NCBI GenBank assembly: GCA_964460805.1
Contig: CAYWPU010000001.1
Coordinates: 112,565-176,564 of the forward strand
DNA length: 64,000 nt
Reading direction: 5' to 3'
Origin: an uncultured Candidatus Saccharibacteria bacterium
Lineage (GTDB): Bacteria; Patescibacteriota; Minisyncoccia; Phycocordibacterales; JACOZG01
Shown: piece by piece, positions 20,459-29,641 of the stretch
Layout: the number at the start of each line of letters is the position of its first letter
Numbering within the stretch: the stretch's first letter is position 1
Made by a program: the position numbers and the translations under genes
The notes under the pieces: model-generated
Database searches by the model: none
Told to the model about the DNA's origin: nothing
What the model saw: only the letters and a program-made list of their open reading frames with translations

Positions 20459-21079
20459 TCAGCCAGCTCGGGCCATACTTTGCTTGACCAGCTTAGTCTC
20501 CGGCTCTGCTGGAGACGCGGGGGCTGGTGGCACAATGGGCGCACGCTTGCGTGCTTGGGCGATATCCTTTTTGAGTTTAAGGATAAGGGCGCCGATGACC
20601 GAGTTCTGCCTCGTACTATCGTGCCAGCCTGCCTCAAAGGCCTGATCGTGAAGTGCCGAATCGGCGCCCTCAATCAGCATACTGGCCCGGGTGCGGACCC
20701 GGCTTACCCCTTGGGTGGCGCCAAGGGCGGCACCGGAGCGCGCGTCATAGCCGCTCAGCACATACTTAATCTGGTAGGGGATCCCGATCGTCAATTGTTC
20801 CAGCTCGGCGGGCTCGTAGATATCCAGTATCTGCACCACCAGCTTGGCTCGTCGCGGGTCGGTCTCAGACCAAGCCAGATCGTCCTTGATTGCTCTGCTC
20901 AAATTGCTCTGTATCAGAGTACAGAGCTTGTCGGGGGCATAGGGTAACCCAGAACTAGCCTGGACTCCTGCCACCTCCAGCGATTGGTAACCCGAGAGCG
21001 AGAGGTTGCTCTCTGGCCCGCAACCGCTGACCAGGGCCACATAGGCCACTACCGCCCAAGCGATCCGTGCAATCTTCAT
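20459..21079 (-). CDS. Hypothetical lipoprotein inserted between fusA and tuf
   Basis: Signal peptide with lipobox LVSGC; C-terminal P/A-rich tail. Opposite strand to the str operon. Confidence 0.5.
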   Translation of the reverse strand: MKIARIAWAVVAYVALVSGCGPESNLSLSGYQSLEVAGVQASSGLPYAPDKLCTLIQSNLSRAIKDDLAWSETDPRRAKLVVQILDIYEPAELEQLTIGIPYQIKYVLSGYDARSGAALGATQGVSRVRTRASMLIEGADSALHDQAFEAGWHDSTRQNSVIGALILKLKKDIAQARKRAPIVPPAPASPAEPETKLVKQSMARAG

Positions 21080-21194
21080 GTTTCATCCTCCAGAAAAAGG
21101 GAAAAGAAGTGAAAGGAACTACGAACTAACGCCAATTACATCATAGCCCAGTTTCTTTTTTCTGGCTACCTGTTTGTGTTATAGTTTGGGTATT

Positions 21195-21854
21195 ATGAAA
21201 AATGCAAAATCCGGATTCACTATGCTGTCCCTCACCGTTCTGGTGGTCGTTGTTGCTCTAATTGCTGGCAGTGCCTATCTCTACACCAAGCCAGAAGAAG
21301 AGATAATTCCTGTCTCGCCAATAGATGGCGAAGTGAGCGAGGGAGAGGAAGGAGGGACTCAGATCGCTTGCACCATGGACGCTAGGCAGTGCCCGGACGG
21401 CTCTTATGTCGGACGTGTTGGGCCAAAATGCGAGTTTGCAGATTGTCCAAGTACTCCTTCTGTCAATTTGACCACGCGTGTCTCGGATGAGCAGATGATC
21501 GGTGCGGCAATCAGCCGATGGCCACCCCAGGAGTTCAGAAACAGTGCACAAGTCAAACAGATTTATCGTGGCGACCTAAATCGTGATGGTTTCGCTGATG
21601 CTATTGTTTCGGTTTTTGGTTGCGGCGCCTCTTGTGGCGAGGCGACATTCCTCATCATTGATGATGGTGGCTTACCCAAGCTCTTGCCGCCTGCACCCAT
21701 ACTTATTAAAGGTTATGGCTATGAAGATCCTGGCATAAGGGTGGTATCGATCAAGGACGGGATTATCACGGTCAACAACACAAAGAGTGGACAGTTTACT
21801 GGTGTGGTTAGCAAATATAGACTGGAAGGGGAGACAGTCGCTGAGGTTGAGTGA
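21195..21854 (+). CDS. Hypothetical membrane-anchored Cys-rich protein with a pilin-like N-terminus lacking Glu+5 (KSGFTMLSLTVLVVVVAL)
   Basis: ATG 21195. N-terminal hydrophobic anchor. Six Cys in the first 100 residues. Confidence 0.4.
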   Translation: MKNAKSGFTMLSLTVLVVVVALIAGSAYLYTKPEEEIIPVSPIDGEVSEGEEGGTQIACTMDARQCPDGSYVGRVGPKCEFADCPSTPSVNLTTRVSDEQMIGAAISRWPPQEFRNSAQVKQIYRGDLNRDGFADAIVSVFGCGASCGEATFLIIDDGGLPKLLPPAPILIKGYGYEDPGIRVVSIKDGIITVNNTKSGQFTGVVSKYRLEGETVAEVE

Positions 21855-21972
21855 TATTTGACTCTCTTCCCAGCCTCTGCTAGTATATGCCCACGCGTTT
21901 GCGCGGTAGTTTTTCGCTCTCGCTTTAGAAAAATATTATAAATTATTAGTTATTTAGTAAAAATTTAATTTT

Positions 21973-23175
21973 ATGGCAGAAACATTTGATCGTTCCAAGC
22001 CACACGTCAATGTGGGCACCATCGGCCACGTTGACCACGGCAAGACAACCCTCACGGCGAGCATTCTCCATGTACTTGATCTTAATAAAGATAAAGGCTA
22101 TGGCGCTCGGGTAGAGGGCATTGACGGTATTGATAACGCTCCGGAAGAGAAAGCGCGTGGCATTACCATTGCGCTCCACCACAGCGAGTACTGGACTCCC
22201 AAGCGTCACTACGCGCACATTGATGCTCCTGGTCACGCTGACTATATCAAGAACATGATCACCGGTGCCGCCCAGATGGATGGCGCTGTGATCGTTGTAG
22301 CCGCAACTGATGGCGTGATGCCTCAGACTCGTGAGCACATCCTGCTGGCTCGCCAAGTGGGCGTGCCTAAGATTGTAGTTTTCCTGAACAAGTGCGACAT
22401 GGTGGACGATGCTGAGCTGATTGACTTGGTGGAGGCGGAAGTCCGTGAGCTCTTGAGCAAGAACGGCTTTGACGGCGACAATGCGCCGGTAATCCGCGGT
22501 TCCGGTCTCAAGGCTCTGGAGGCCAAGAGCGCCAGCGACGAATGGGCGATGAAGGTCTTTGCTCTCATTGAGGCTCTGGATACTTATCTCCCTGATCCGG
22601 TCCGCGAGGTTGATAAGCCTTTCCTCATGCCGGTAGAGGATATCTTCTCTATTGAAGGCCGTGGCACGGTAGTGACTGGCCGCATCGAGCGCGGCAAGCT
22701 CAAGGTGGGTGAGGAAATTGAGATCGTTGGTCTCAATCCTACCACCAAGACTACGGTGACTGGCATTGAGATGTTTAACAAGCAACTGGACGAGGGTATG
22801 GCTGGTGATAACGCCGGTATCCTGCTCCGTGGTACTAAGAAAGAGGACGTGACTCGTGGTCAGGTGCTAGCTAAGACTGGCTCAGTTACTCCGCACACCG
22901 ACTTTGAGGCCGAAGTGTATATCTTGAAGAAGGAAGAGGGAGGTCGCCACACGCCGTTTCTCTCTGGCTACAAGCCCCAGTTCTATATCCGCACTACTGA
23001 TGTAACTGGTGAAGTCACTCTTGAGGACGCCAGCAAGATGGTGATGCCGGGCGACACCGTCAAGTTTGTCGTTAAGCTGGTAGCGCCTGTTGCTCTAGAA
23101 CAGAATCAGCGCTTTGCGATCCGCGAGGGTGGCAAGACGGTGGGTGCCGGTGTGGTAACTAAGATCATTGCTTAA
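21973..23175 (+). CDS. tuf: Elongation factor Tu
   Basis: [24 protein letters not shown] and NKCD motifs. Confidence 0.95.
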   Translation: MAETFDRSKPHVNVGTIGHVDHGKTTLTASILHVLDLNKDKGYGARVEGIDGIDNAPEEKARGITIALHHSEYWTPKRHYAHIDAPGHADYIKNMITGAAQMDGAVIVVAATDGVMPQTREHILLARQVGVPKIVVFLNKCDMVDDAELIDLVEAEVRELLSKNGFDGDNAPVIRGSGLKALEAKSASDEWAMKVFALIEALDTYLPDPVREVDKPFLMPVEDIFSIEGRGTVVTGRIERGKLKVGEEIEIVGLNPTTKTTVTGIEMFNKQLDEGMAGDNAGILLRGTKKEDVTRGQVLAKTGSVTPHTDFEAEVYILKKEEGGRHTPFLSGYKPQFYIRTTDVTGEVTLEDASKMVMPGDTVKFVVKLVAPVALEQNQRFAIREGGKTVGAGVVTKIIA

Positions 23176-23184
23176 TCTTCAATC

Positions 23185-23544
23185 ATGACTGCCGAGACTG
23201 CTAAAACTAAGAAGAGTGCCAGTGCGGGCTTGGCGGAGATCCAGAAGATCCGCGTTAGGATCTCGGCTTACGAGTCTAAGATTCTAGACGCCTCAGTCAA
23301 GCAGATCATGGACACGGCGATGCGTTACGACGGCACGATAGAGGGACCAATTCCTCTGCCTACCGAGATCAAAAAGTACACGGTTAACCGCGGCGCCTTT
23401 GTCCACAAGAACGCGCGTGAGCAGTTTGAGATGCGCGTGCACAAGCGCCTGATTGATATCTTGAACCCGAGCGCCAAGATCATTGAGAGCATGAGCAATC
23501 TCACGCTCCCATCTGGCGTCAATATTGATCTCAAGATGATGTAG
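23185..23544 (+). CDS. rpsJ: 30S ribosomal protein S10
   Basis: IRVRISAYESKILD...GPIPLPT...REQFEMRVHKRLIDI uS10 pattern. Confidence 0.85.
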   Translation: MTAETAKTKKSASAGLAEIQKIRVRISAYESKILDASVKQIMDTAMRYDGTIEGPIPLPTEIKKYTVNRGAFVHKNAREQFEMRVHKRLIDILNPSAKIIESMSNLTLPSGVNIDLKMM

Positions 23545-23578
23545 CGCTAGATCCGCTTGAGTGAACAGAAATAAAATT

Positions 23579-24157
23579 ATGAAGTTTATTATTGGCCAAA
23601 AAGTGAAGATGACGCAGGTGTTTGATAGCACCGGCAAGACGACGCCAGCTACCTTGGTAGCCAGCGCGCCGTTGAGCGTGCGTCAGATCAAGACTGCTAG
23701 CCGCGATGGTTATGAGGCTGTACAGCTGGGTGGCCAGGTTGGCCGCAAGCGCGAGACACGCCGCGAATATCGCCTCAATGATGGCGAAGCAATGCCTGAG
23801 ATCAAGCCGGGGGATGCGGTGAGTGTAGCCGTCTTTGCGCCTGGTGACACAGTGCGGGTGAGCGGTGTGAGTAAGGGTAAGGGCTTCCAGGGTGTGGTCA
23901 AGCGCCACGGCTTTGGCGGCGGTCGCCGGACTCATGGACAGAAGCACAGCGAGCGCGAGCCAGGCTCTATTGGTGGCGGAGGGCGCGCCGGTGGCCGGGT
24001 GGCCAAGGGTATGCGCATGGCCGGCCGGATGGGTGGCGACAGGATTACAGTCAAGAATCTCAAGATTGTTGCCGTTGATGCTGATAATAATCAGTTGCTA
24101 GTCAGTGGCGCGATCCCCGGCCGCCGCGGGACGCTAATAGAAATCTATGGAAGCTAA
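23579..24157 (+). CDS. rplC: 50S ribosomal protein L3
   Basis: MKFIIGQKVKMTQVFDSTGK and KGFQGVVKRHGF. Confidence 0.85.
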   Translation: MKFIIGQKVKMTQVFDSTGKTTPATLVASAPLSVRQIKTASRDGYEAVQLGGQVGRKRETRREYRLNDGEAMPEIKPGDAVSVAVFAPGDTVRVSGVSKGKGFQGVVKRHGFGGGRRTHGQKHSEREPGSIGGGGRAGGRVAKGMRMAGRMGGDRITVKNLKIVAVDADNNQLLVSGAIPGRRGTLIEIYGS

Positions 24158-24911
24158 AGTCTATAATCAGGAAGGTAAAGAGTCTGGGACAACTACTCTG
24201 CCGGAGAGCATCTTTGGTCTGCCATGGAACGCTGATCTGGTGCATCAGGTGGTGGTAGGGATGCAGTCTAACGCGCGCCAGAACACCGCCCACAGCAAGG
24301 GTCGTGGCGAGGTCCGTGGTGGCGGCAAGAAGCCCTGGCGACAAAAGGGGACTGGCCGCGCTCGCCATGGTTCCAGCCGCTCGCCGATCTGGCGCGGTGG
24401 CGGTGTCACTCATGGTCCCACCAATGAGCGCAACTACACCAAGAAGATCAACAAGAAGATGAAAGTTAAAGCTCTCTATACCGTGCTCTCACAGAAGCAG
24501 AGAGATGGCGAGGTTGTCTTGCTAGATGCGCTTAAGTTGAAGGCGGCAAAGACTAAAGAAGCGCAGATCACGCTCAATAAGCTTGCTGGTGTGAAGGGTC
24601 TGGAGAAATTGAACTATCGCAAGGGTAGCAGGATGCTCTTGGCGCTCCCGGGTGCAGATGCGGCGCTCTACCGGAGCTTCCGTAACTTGCCCGCTGTGGC
24701 AGTGACGGAGATGCGGAACTTGAATCCGGAACTCTTGCTGAATTATCAGTATCTGGTAATCTCCAATCCAGAGCTGAGCCTGCCGGTGCTTGCTGGTCGT
24801 ACCAAGTCTAAGACTAAAACCAAAGAAACCAGTGCTAACGCTAAGCCGGTAGCAAAGGCGACTAAACCTAAAGCGAGCAAGACTACTAGTAGCAAGAAGA
24901 GTGTTAAATAA
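24147..24911 (+). CDS. rplD: 50S ribosomal protein L4 with a Lys-rich C-terminal extension
   Basis: KGRGEVRGGGKKPWRQKGTGRARHGS uL4 signature. Confidence 0.85.
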   Translation: MEAKVYNQEGKESGTTTLPESIFGLPWNADLVHQVVVGMQSNARQNTAHSKGRGEVRGGGKKPWRQKGTGRARHGSSRSPIWRGGGVTHGPTNERNYTKKINKKMKVKALYTVLSQKQRDGEVVLLDALKLKAAKTKEAQITLNKLAGVKGLEKLNYRKGSRMLLALPGADAALYRSFRNLPAVAVTEMRNLNPELLLNYQYLVISNPELSLPVLAGRTKSKTKTKETSANAKPVAKATKPKASKTTSSKKSVK

Positions 24912-24917
24912 ACAGCT

Positions 24918-25238
24918 ATGGCCAAGAAGTTAGCAAAAAAGACAGAAGAGCAGAGCAAAGCGACTAGCCCGTCTAATCCGGTGCTGGTGCGACCATTGAT
25001 GACCGAGAAGGCCAGCCGCGCGGGCGTGCACGTATTTGAGGTTGACCCGAGCGCCAATAAGGCGACTGTGAGCCAAGCAATCCAAGCGGCGTATAAAGTT
25101 GCGCCGCGACAGATCAATATCCAGAACCGCGCTGGCAAGCGCGTGTATGTGCGGGGCAAGCTTGGCCGCCGTACCGGGATGAAGAAGGCGATCGTCTACC
25201 TCAAACCAGGCGAGACTATTACTACCACTGCCGCTTAA
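24918..25238 (+). CDS. rplW: 50S ribosomal protein L23
   Basis: VLVRPLMTEKA...HVFEVD uL23 pattern. Confidence 0.8.
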   Translation: MAKKLAKKTEEQSKATSPSNPVLVRPLMTEKASRAGVHVFEVDPSANKATVSQAIQAAYKVAPRQINIQNRAGKRVYVRGKLGRRTGMKKAIVYLKPGETITTTAA

Positions 25239-25258
25239 GCATTTTATTTAAACTGAAT

Positions 25259-26098
25259 ATGAAGTCCTATCGTCCATATACTCCTAGCCAGCGCCAAGCC
25301 AGCACCGTGCCTTATCGCGGTGTGATCACGGCCAGCGAGCCCAAGAAGAGCCTGACCCGCGGCCGCAAGCGCGCGGTGGGCCGCAATCATGCTGGGCGCA
25401 TTACCACTCGCCACAAGGGTGGCGGCCACAAGCGTCTCTACCGCGAGATTGACTTTAAATACGACAAAATCAATATCACCGCACGGGTGGAGACGGTGGA
25501 GTATGACCCCAACCGCAGTGGCTTTATTGGCCTGGCGCTCTATGCCGATGGCGAGCGGCGCTACACGCTCTTGCCAGCCTCTCTGCGCCCAGGCGATCGC
25601 TTTATCACCAGCGCTGAGGCCGAGCTCAAGACGGGCAATCGTCTGCCACTCAAGAAGATCCCAGTGGGCACCTTTATCTACAATATTGAGGTCCAGCCCA
25701 ATGGCGGTGCCAAGCTGGTGCGCTCGGCTGGCTCTTTTGCCCAGGTACTCTCTAACGATGCTGGTTACACTAGCGTGAAGTTGCCCTCCACCGAGGTGCG
25801 GCGAGTGAGCGAGCTGGCCTGGGCTAGCATTGGCGCTGTCTCTAACGAGGAGCAGAAGCTAGCTAACCTTGGCAAGGCCGGGCGCAGTCGCTGGCTGGGT
25901 ATCCGGCCCACCGTGCGTGGCAGTGCCATGAACCCGGTAGACCACCCCTACGGCGGCGGTGAGGGCCGCCAGGGCCGCGGTACGCGTCGCCCCAAGACTG
26001 CCCACGGCAAGGTTACCGGCGGCCGCAAGACCCGCCGACCCAAGAAGTACTCCAACGTCTTCCGTGTTACCCGGAGGCAGAAGAAGGGGAGAAAGTAA
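25259..26098 (+). CDS. rplB: 50S ribosomal protein L2
   Basis: HKGGGHKR, VEYDPNRS and MNPVDHPYGGGEG uL2 motifs. Confidence 0.9.
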   Translation: MKSYRPYTPSQRQASTVPYRGVITASEPKKSLTRGRKRAVGRNHAGRITTRHKGGGHKRLYREIDFKYDKINITARVETVEYDPNRSGFIGLALYADGERRYTLLPASLRPGDRFITSAEAELKTGNRLPLKKIPVGTFIYNIEVQPNGGAKLVRSAGSFAQVLSNDAGYTSVKLPSTEVRRVSELAWASIGAVSNEEQKLANLGKAGRSRWLGIRPTVRGSAMNPVDHPYGGGEGRQGRGTRRPKTAHGKVTGGRKTRRPKKYSNVFRVTRRQKKGRK

Positions 26099-26110
26099 AA
26101 ACCGCGCTTT

Positions 26111-26467
26111 TTACTTTCTCTTTTGGGCTATTCCATAGCCTCCTAACCCACCACCGAACGCTCCAGTCAGAAAGCTTAATACTTCACTAAACAAGTCAGG
26201 TTTTTTCCACATGACTAGACCTGAAAACAATATTACGAAAATAAGAACAACTAGCAAATAGAACTTACTATCTCTTGATTCTCGTTTTTTGTCCTCGTGA
26301 ATGTAACCAGTTATTTCTCGTTTCTGTGAGAGTAGTTCATCAACCTGTTCTTTGGTAAAATTAGGGGTGTTGTCTGCCCCGAGAACTTTTTGTAACAAAA
26401 TACTCATTTCGTGTGAATTTTCTTCACGAGGTTGGGAAGTCGCGATGCTCTTATCTTCTTCAGGCAT
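26111..26467 (-). CDS. Hypothetical small membrane protein with a C-terminal glycine-zipper (GAFGGGLGGYG)
   Basis: 118-aa ORF in an AT-rich patch. One TM segment. Start overlaps the stop of the upstream ORF. Confidence 0.4.
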   Translation of the reverse strand: MPEEDKSIATSQPREENSHEMSILLQKVLGADNTPNFTKEQVDELLSQKREITGYIHEDKKRESRDSKFYLLVVLIFVILFSGLVMWKKPDLFSEVLSFLTGAFGGGLGGYGIAQKRK

Positions 26468-26726
26468 GTCTAACTTGTTTGGTTTTAAGATGCATAAACA
26501 TTGATCTTGTTTCAGTCTGCTGGTTTGTAAAAGGCGTCAATACTCTTGCCTCATTTTTAAATTCCTTCTTCAAGACCAAATTTAGTAACAATGCCGCCTC
26601 TCTCTCAGTGATTCTTTTCTCTATCCTCGCTTTCGTGATTGAATCTACAGTATCCACAAAATCATTTTCATAGAGGCTTTTTTCTTCTGAAAAATTATAG
26701 TTTTTGTCTAGATTTATTTTTTTCAT
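26460..26726 (-). CDS. Hypothetical small protein (88 aa)
   Basis: ORF translationally coupled to 26111-26467. AT-rich. No family recognised. Confidence 0.3.
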   Translation of the reverse strand: MKKINLDKNYNFSEEKSLYENDFVDTVDSITKARIEKRITEREAALLLNLVLKKEFKNEARVLTPFTNQQTETRSMFMHLKTKQVRHA

Positions 26727-26815
26727 AGTGATATGTCACCAGTATCATCATATACTATCCACAAAGAGATCTCAACCCCTCTCTTTTGCAAGTCGTAGTA
26801 AAATACTAGACAGGG

Positions 26816-26850
26816 CTAAAAACCGCACTAATAAAACAGGGCGGTTTTTG
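26816..26850. terminator. Hairpin AAAACCGC-actaataaaacag-GGCGGTTTTT, a bidirectional terminator candidate
   Basis: 8-bp stem flanked by an A-run and a T-run. A TTGTTATAAT -10 box follows, for the gene at 26866. Confidence 0.5.
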
Positions 26851-26865
26851 TTATAATAGAAATAG

Positions 26866-28560
26866 ATGAAAGACAAGACTTACTTCGCTGAGACTGACTT
26901 CCGTGGTAAGCGGACCAAGTTCGGCATCAAGTTTGAGGATAGAGCCCGGCACGTGTATGTGATCGGTAAGACGGGCATGGGCAAGAGTACGATGCTGGAG
27001 AACATGGCGGTGCAGGATATCCAGGATGGTCATGGCGTCGCCTTCATTGACCCGCACGGCGGCACGGCAGAAAAGTTGCTGGATTATGTGCCGGAGCATC
27101 GGATCAAAGACGTGATTTACTTTGCGCCTTTTGATCTCAATAATCCAATCTCGTTCAATGTGATGGAGGATGTGGGACCAGAGCAAAGACATTTAGTTGT
27201 CTCTGGCTTGATGAGCGCGTTTAAGAAGCTCTTTGGCGAGGAGAGCTTCTCTGACCGCATGCAGTATATTCTCCAGAACACGCTGCTGGCATTGCTAGAG
27301 TATCCGGAATCTACATTGCTTGGCGTGAACCGCATGCTCACTGATAAGGCTTATCGGAATAAAGTGGTGGCGAATGTGACGGATTCTTCGGTTAAAGCTT
27401 ACTGGACGCAGGAATTTGCCAATTACACCGAGCGCTTTGCGGCGGAAGCGACGCCAGCGATCCAGAACAAGATCGGCCAGTTCACTTCCAATCCATTGAT
27501 CAGGAATATTATCGGCCAGCCTAAATCCTCTTTTGACTTCCGCAAAGTGATGGACGAGCAGAAGATCCTGATCATTAACTTATCTAAAGGTCAGATCGGC
27601 GAGGGCAATGCCAACCTGCTTGGCTCCATGATCATTACCAAGATTTATCTCGCCGCCATGAGTCGCGCTAACTTGTCTGCCGCGCAGATCCGGCTCTTGC
27701 CAGCATTTTACTTTTTCGTAGACGAGTTCCAGTCTTTTGCCAACGAGTCTTTTGCCAATATTCTCTCAGAAGCCAGAAAATATAAACTCTCACTCACGAT
27801 TGCGCATCAGTACATAGAGCAGATGAGTGAAGAAGTGCGCGCGGCGGTCTTTGGCAACGTGGGTACTGTCGTGTCGTTTAGAGTTGGCCCTTTTGATGCG
27901 GAAGTATTTGAGAAGATCTTCAGTCCCACTTTTACTAAAGAGGATATGGTGAACTTGGGCTTTGCGCAGATTTATCTGACCATGATGATAGATGGCGTTG
28001 GTTCGCAACCCTTCTCAGCACTAACTCTGCCACCTATTAAAGAAGAAGCACGCTCGTGGAAGCCGGAGATCATTGAGAGCTCGCGACGGCTCTATGCTCG
28101 TCCCAAGGCGGCCGTTGAGGCGGATATCGCCGAGTGGGTGATCCAGAGGCCGCCTGGCGCGGCTGAGGCTCAGCCAGCGCCAGGCGGCAAGCGTCCGGCG
28201 GGGCGGCCCGAGGTGAGACGAGACGCGCCCGCCACGGCGTCAGTTGTGACAGTGAGCAAGCGCCACGTGGAGCCGGAGAAGGTTGCCAAGCCTGCACCTA
28301 GGAGGCCGGAACCAGTAGCGCCGGCGACTGTCTCGCTCAAGTCACTGGCGCAGAAGGCGGAAGGGAAAGAGAAGAGTACCGGCAAGCATAGTGCTGATCT
28401 GAAAGATGTGATCACGGCTGTGCAGAATGAATTGAAGAGTGCTTTGCCAAAGGCGGATGAGGTCAAAGTGGCAGAGACTGGAGATAAAGTATCCTCACCG
28501 TCAGGAGTAGAGAAAAAAGAGATACCGGAGGCAGAGCTGAAGAAGATGCTGGAGGTCTAG
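26866..28560 (+). CDS. Soluble TraD/VirD4-like (type IV coupling protein, DUF87/TraG-D_C-like) AAA+ ATPase with a Pro/Ala/Lys/Glu-rich disordered C-terminus
   Basis: Walker A GKTGMGKST. FIDPHGG. Walker-B-like FFVDEFQSF. RKYKLSLTIAHQYIEQMSEEVRAAVFGNVGTVVSFRVG resembles the T4CP C-terminal domain. No N-terminal TM. Confidence 0.55.
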   Translation: MKDKTYFAETDFRGKRTKFGIKFEDRARHVYVIGKTGMGKSTMLENMAVQDIQDGHGVAFIDPHGGTAEKLLDYVPEHRIKDVIYFAPFDLNNPISFNVMEDVGPEQRHLVVSGLMSAFKKLFGEESFSDRMQYILQNTLLALLEYPESTLLGVNRMLTDKAYRNKVVANVTDSSVKAYWTQEFANYTERFAAEATPAIQNKIGQFTSNPLIRNIIGQPKSSFDFRKVMDEQKILIINLSKGQIGEGNANLLGSMIITKIYLAAMSRANLSAAQIRLLPAFYFFVDEFQSFANESFANILSEARKYKLSLTIAHQYIEQMSEEVRAAVFGNVGTVVSFRVGPFDAEVFEKIFSPTFTKEDMVNLGFAQIYLTMMIDGVGSQPFSALTLPPIKEEARSWKPEIIESSRRLYARPKAAVEADIAEWVIQRPPGAAEAQPAPGGKRPAGRPEVRRDAPATASVVTVSKRHVEPEKVAKPAPRRPEPVAPATVSLKSLAQKAEGKEKSTGKHSADLKDVITAVQNELKSALPKADEVKVAETGDKVSSPSGVEKKEIPEAELKKMLEV

Positions 28561-28564
28561 TGTT

Positions 28565-29641
28565 ATGGATAATAAAATTAGGGTTCTGATTTTTTCTCTA
28601 GCGCCCTTATCGGCCATTGGTGGTGCGGAGGTGGCGGTTAGGGAATTAACTGAGCGGCTGGGCGATCACTTTGATTTTGCCGTAGTCAGCGCTGACATCA
28701 ATAATTTTTGGTCTAAATATTTTTATCCGCTTTGGGCGGTACGCCAGGCTCTGACCTTACACCGAGAGCGCCCATTTACGCTGGTCTGGTCGATTATGGC
28801 CAATCAGGCTGGTATAGCCGGTGCGCGCTTCAAGAGATTACACCCCAATATCCCATTTTTACTTACTCTGCAGGAGGGAGACGATTTGGGTAGCTTGTCT
28901 TATCGTTTGCGTTTGCTTGTACCCAGATTCTTTAGAGTTTTCCAGCTCGCGGATCATGTCCACGCAATTTCTAATTATCTCGCGCGTTGGGCGTGGCGGA
29001 TGGGAGCAACTTGCCCGATTGCTGTTATTCCCAACGGTGTAGATTTCCAGAAATTTGCCAATGGGCGAGAAACTAGCCGTCACAATTTAGAGAATAGAAA
29101 AGAAGAAATAATTATCACCACGTCTAGATTGGCCAGGAAAAATGGCATTGATATCTTGGTGAGAGCGCTTGCTCTATTGCCGGCAGATGTCAGGCTAGAG
29201 ATTATCGGTGATGGTCCGGAGGAGGCTAATCTCAAGCGTTTGGCCACGAGCCTGCAAGTGGCCGCTAGAGTCTCATTTTGCGGTCAGGTGAGGAGTTCTG
29301 AGGTGGGGCAGTGCTTGGCACGGGGGGCGGTTTTTGCCAGACCATCGCGCTCTGAGGGCCTTGGGAACTCTTTTATAGAGGCTATGGCTATTGGTTTACC
29401 AGTGGTGGCCACGGCGGTGGGTGGTATCCCGGACTTTCTCAAGCCCGGCGAGACCGGCTGGTTCTGCACCGTAGATGATCCGGTCAGCCTTGCCGCTCAG
29501 ATCAAGTATATTTTAGACGAGAAAAACCAAACAGACGTGAGTGAAGTGATAGCTAGAGCCAAAAAATTAGTGTCAGAGAGTTACGATTGGGAGGTGGTTG
29601 CCAAGCGCTTCCACAAACTGCTAGAGTCTATAGTGCAATGA
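28565..29641 (+). CDS. Glycosyltransferase family 4
   Basis: EGLGNSFIEAMAIGLPVVATAVGGIPDF (GT4 E-x7-E region). Confidence 0.75.
   Translation: MDNKIRVLIFSLAPLSAIGGAEVAVRELTERLGDHFDFAVVSADINNFWSKYFYPLWAVRQALTLHRERPFTLVWSIMANQAGIAGARFKRLHPNIPFLLTLQEGDDLGSLSYRLRLLVPRFFRVFQLADHVHAISNYLARWAWRMGATCPIAVIPNGVDFQKFANGRETSRHNLENRKEEIIITTSRLARKNGIDILVRALALLPADVRLEIIGDGPEEANLKRLATSLQVAARVSFCGQVRSSEVGQCLARGAVFARPSRSEGLGNSFIEAMAIGLPVVATAVGGIPDFLKPGETGWFCTVDDPVSLAAQIKYILDEKNQTDVSEVIARAKKLVSESYDWEVVAKRFHKLLESIVQ

Noticed and set aside
21946-22785. 279-aa minus-strand ORF antisense to tuf
   Set aside because: It overlaps EF-Tu coding sequence completely. It is a typical spurious antisense ORF.
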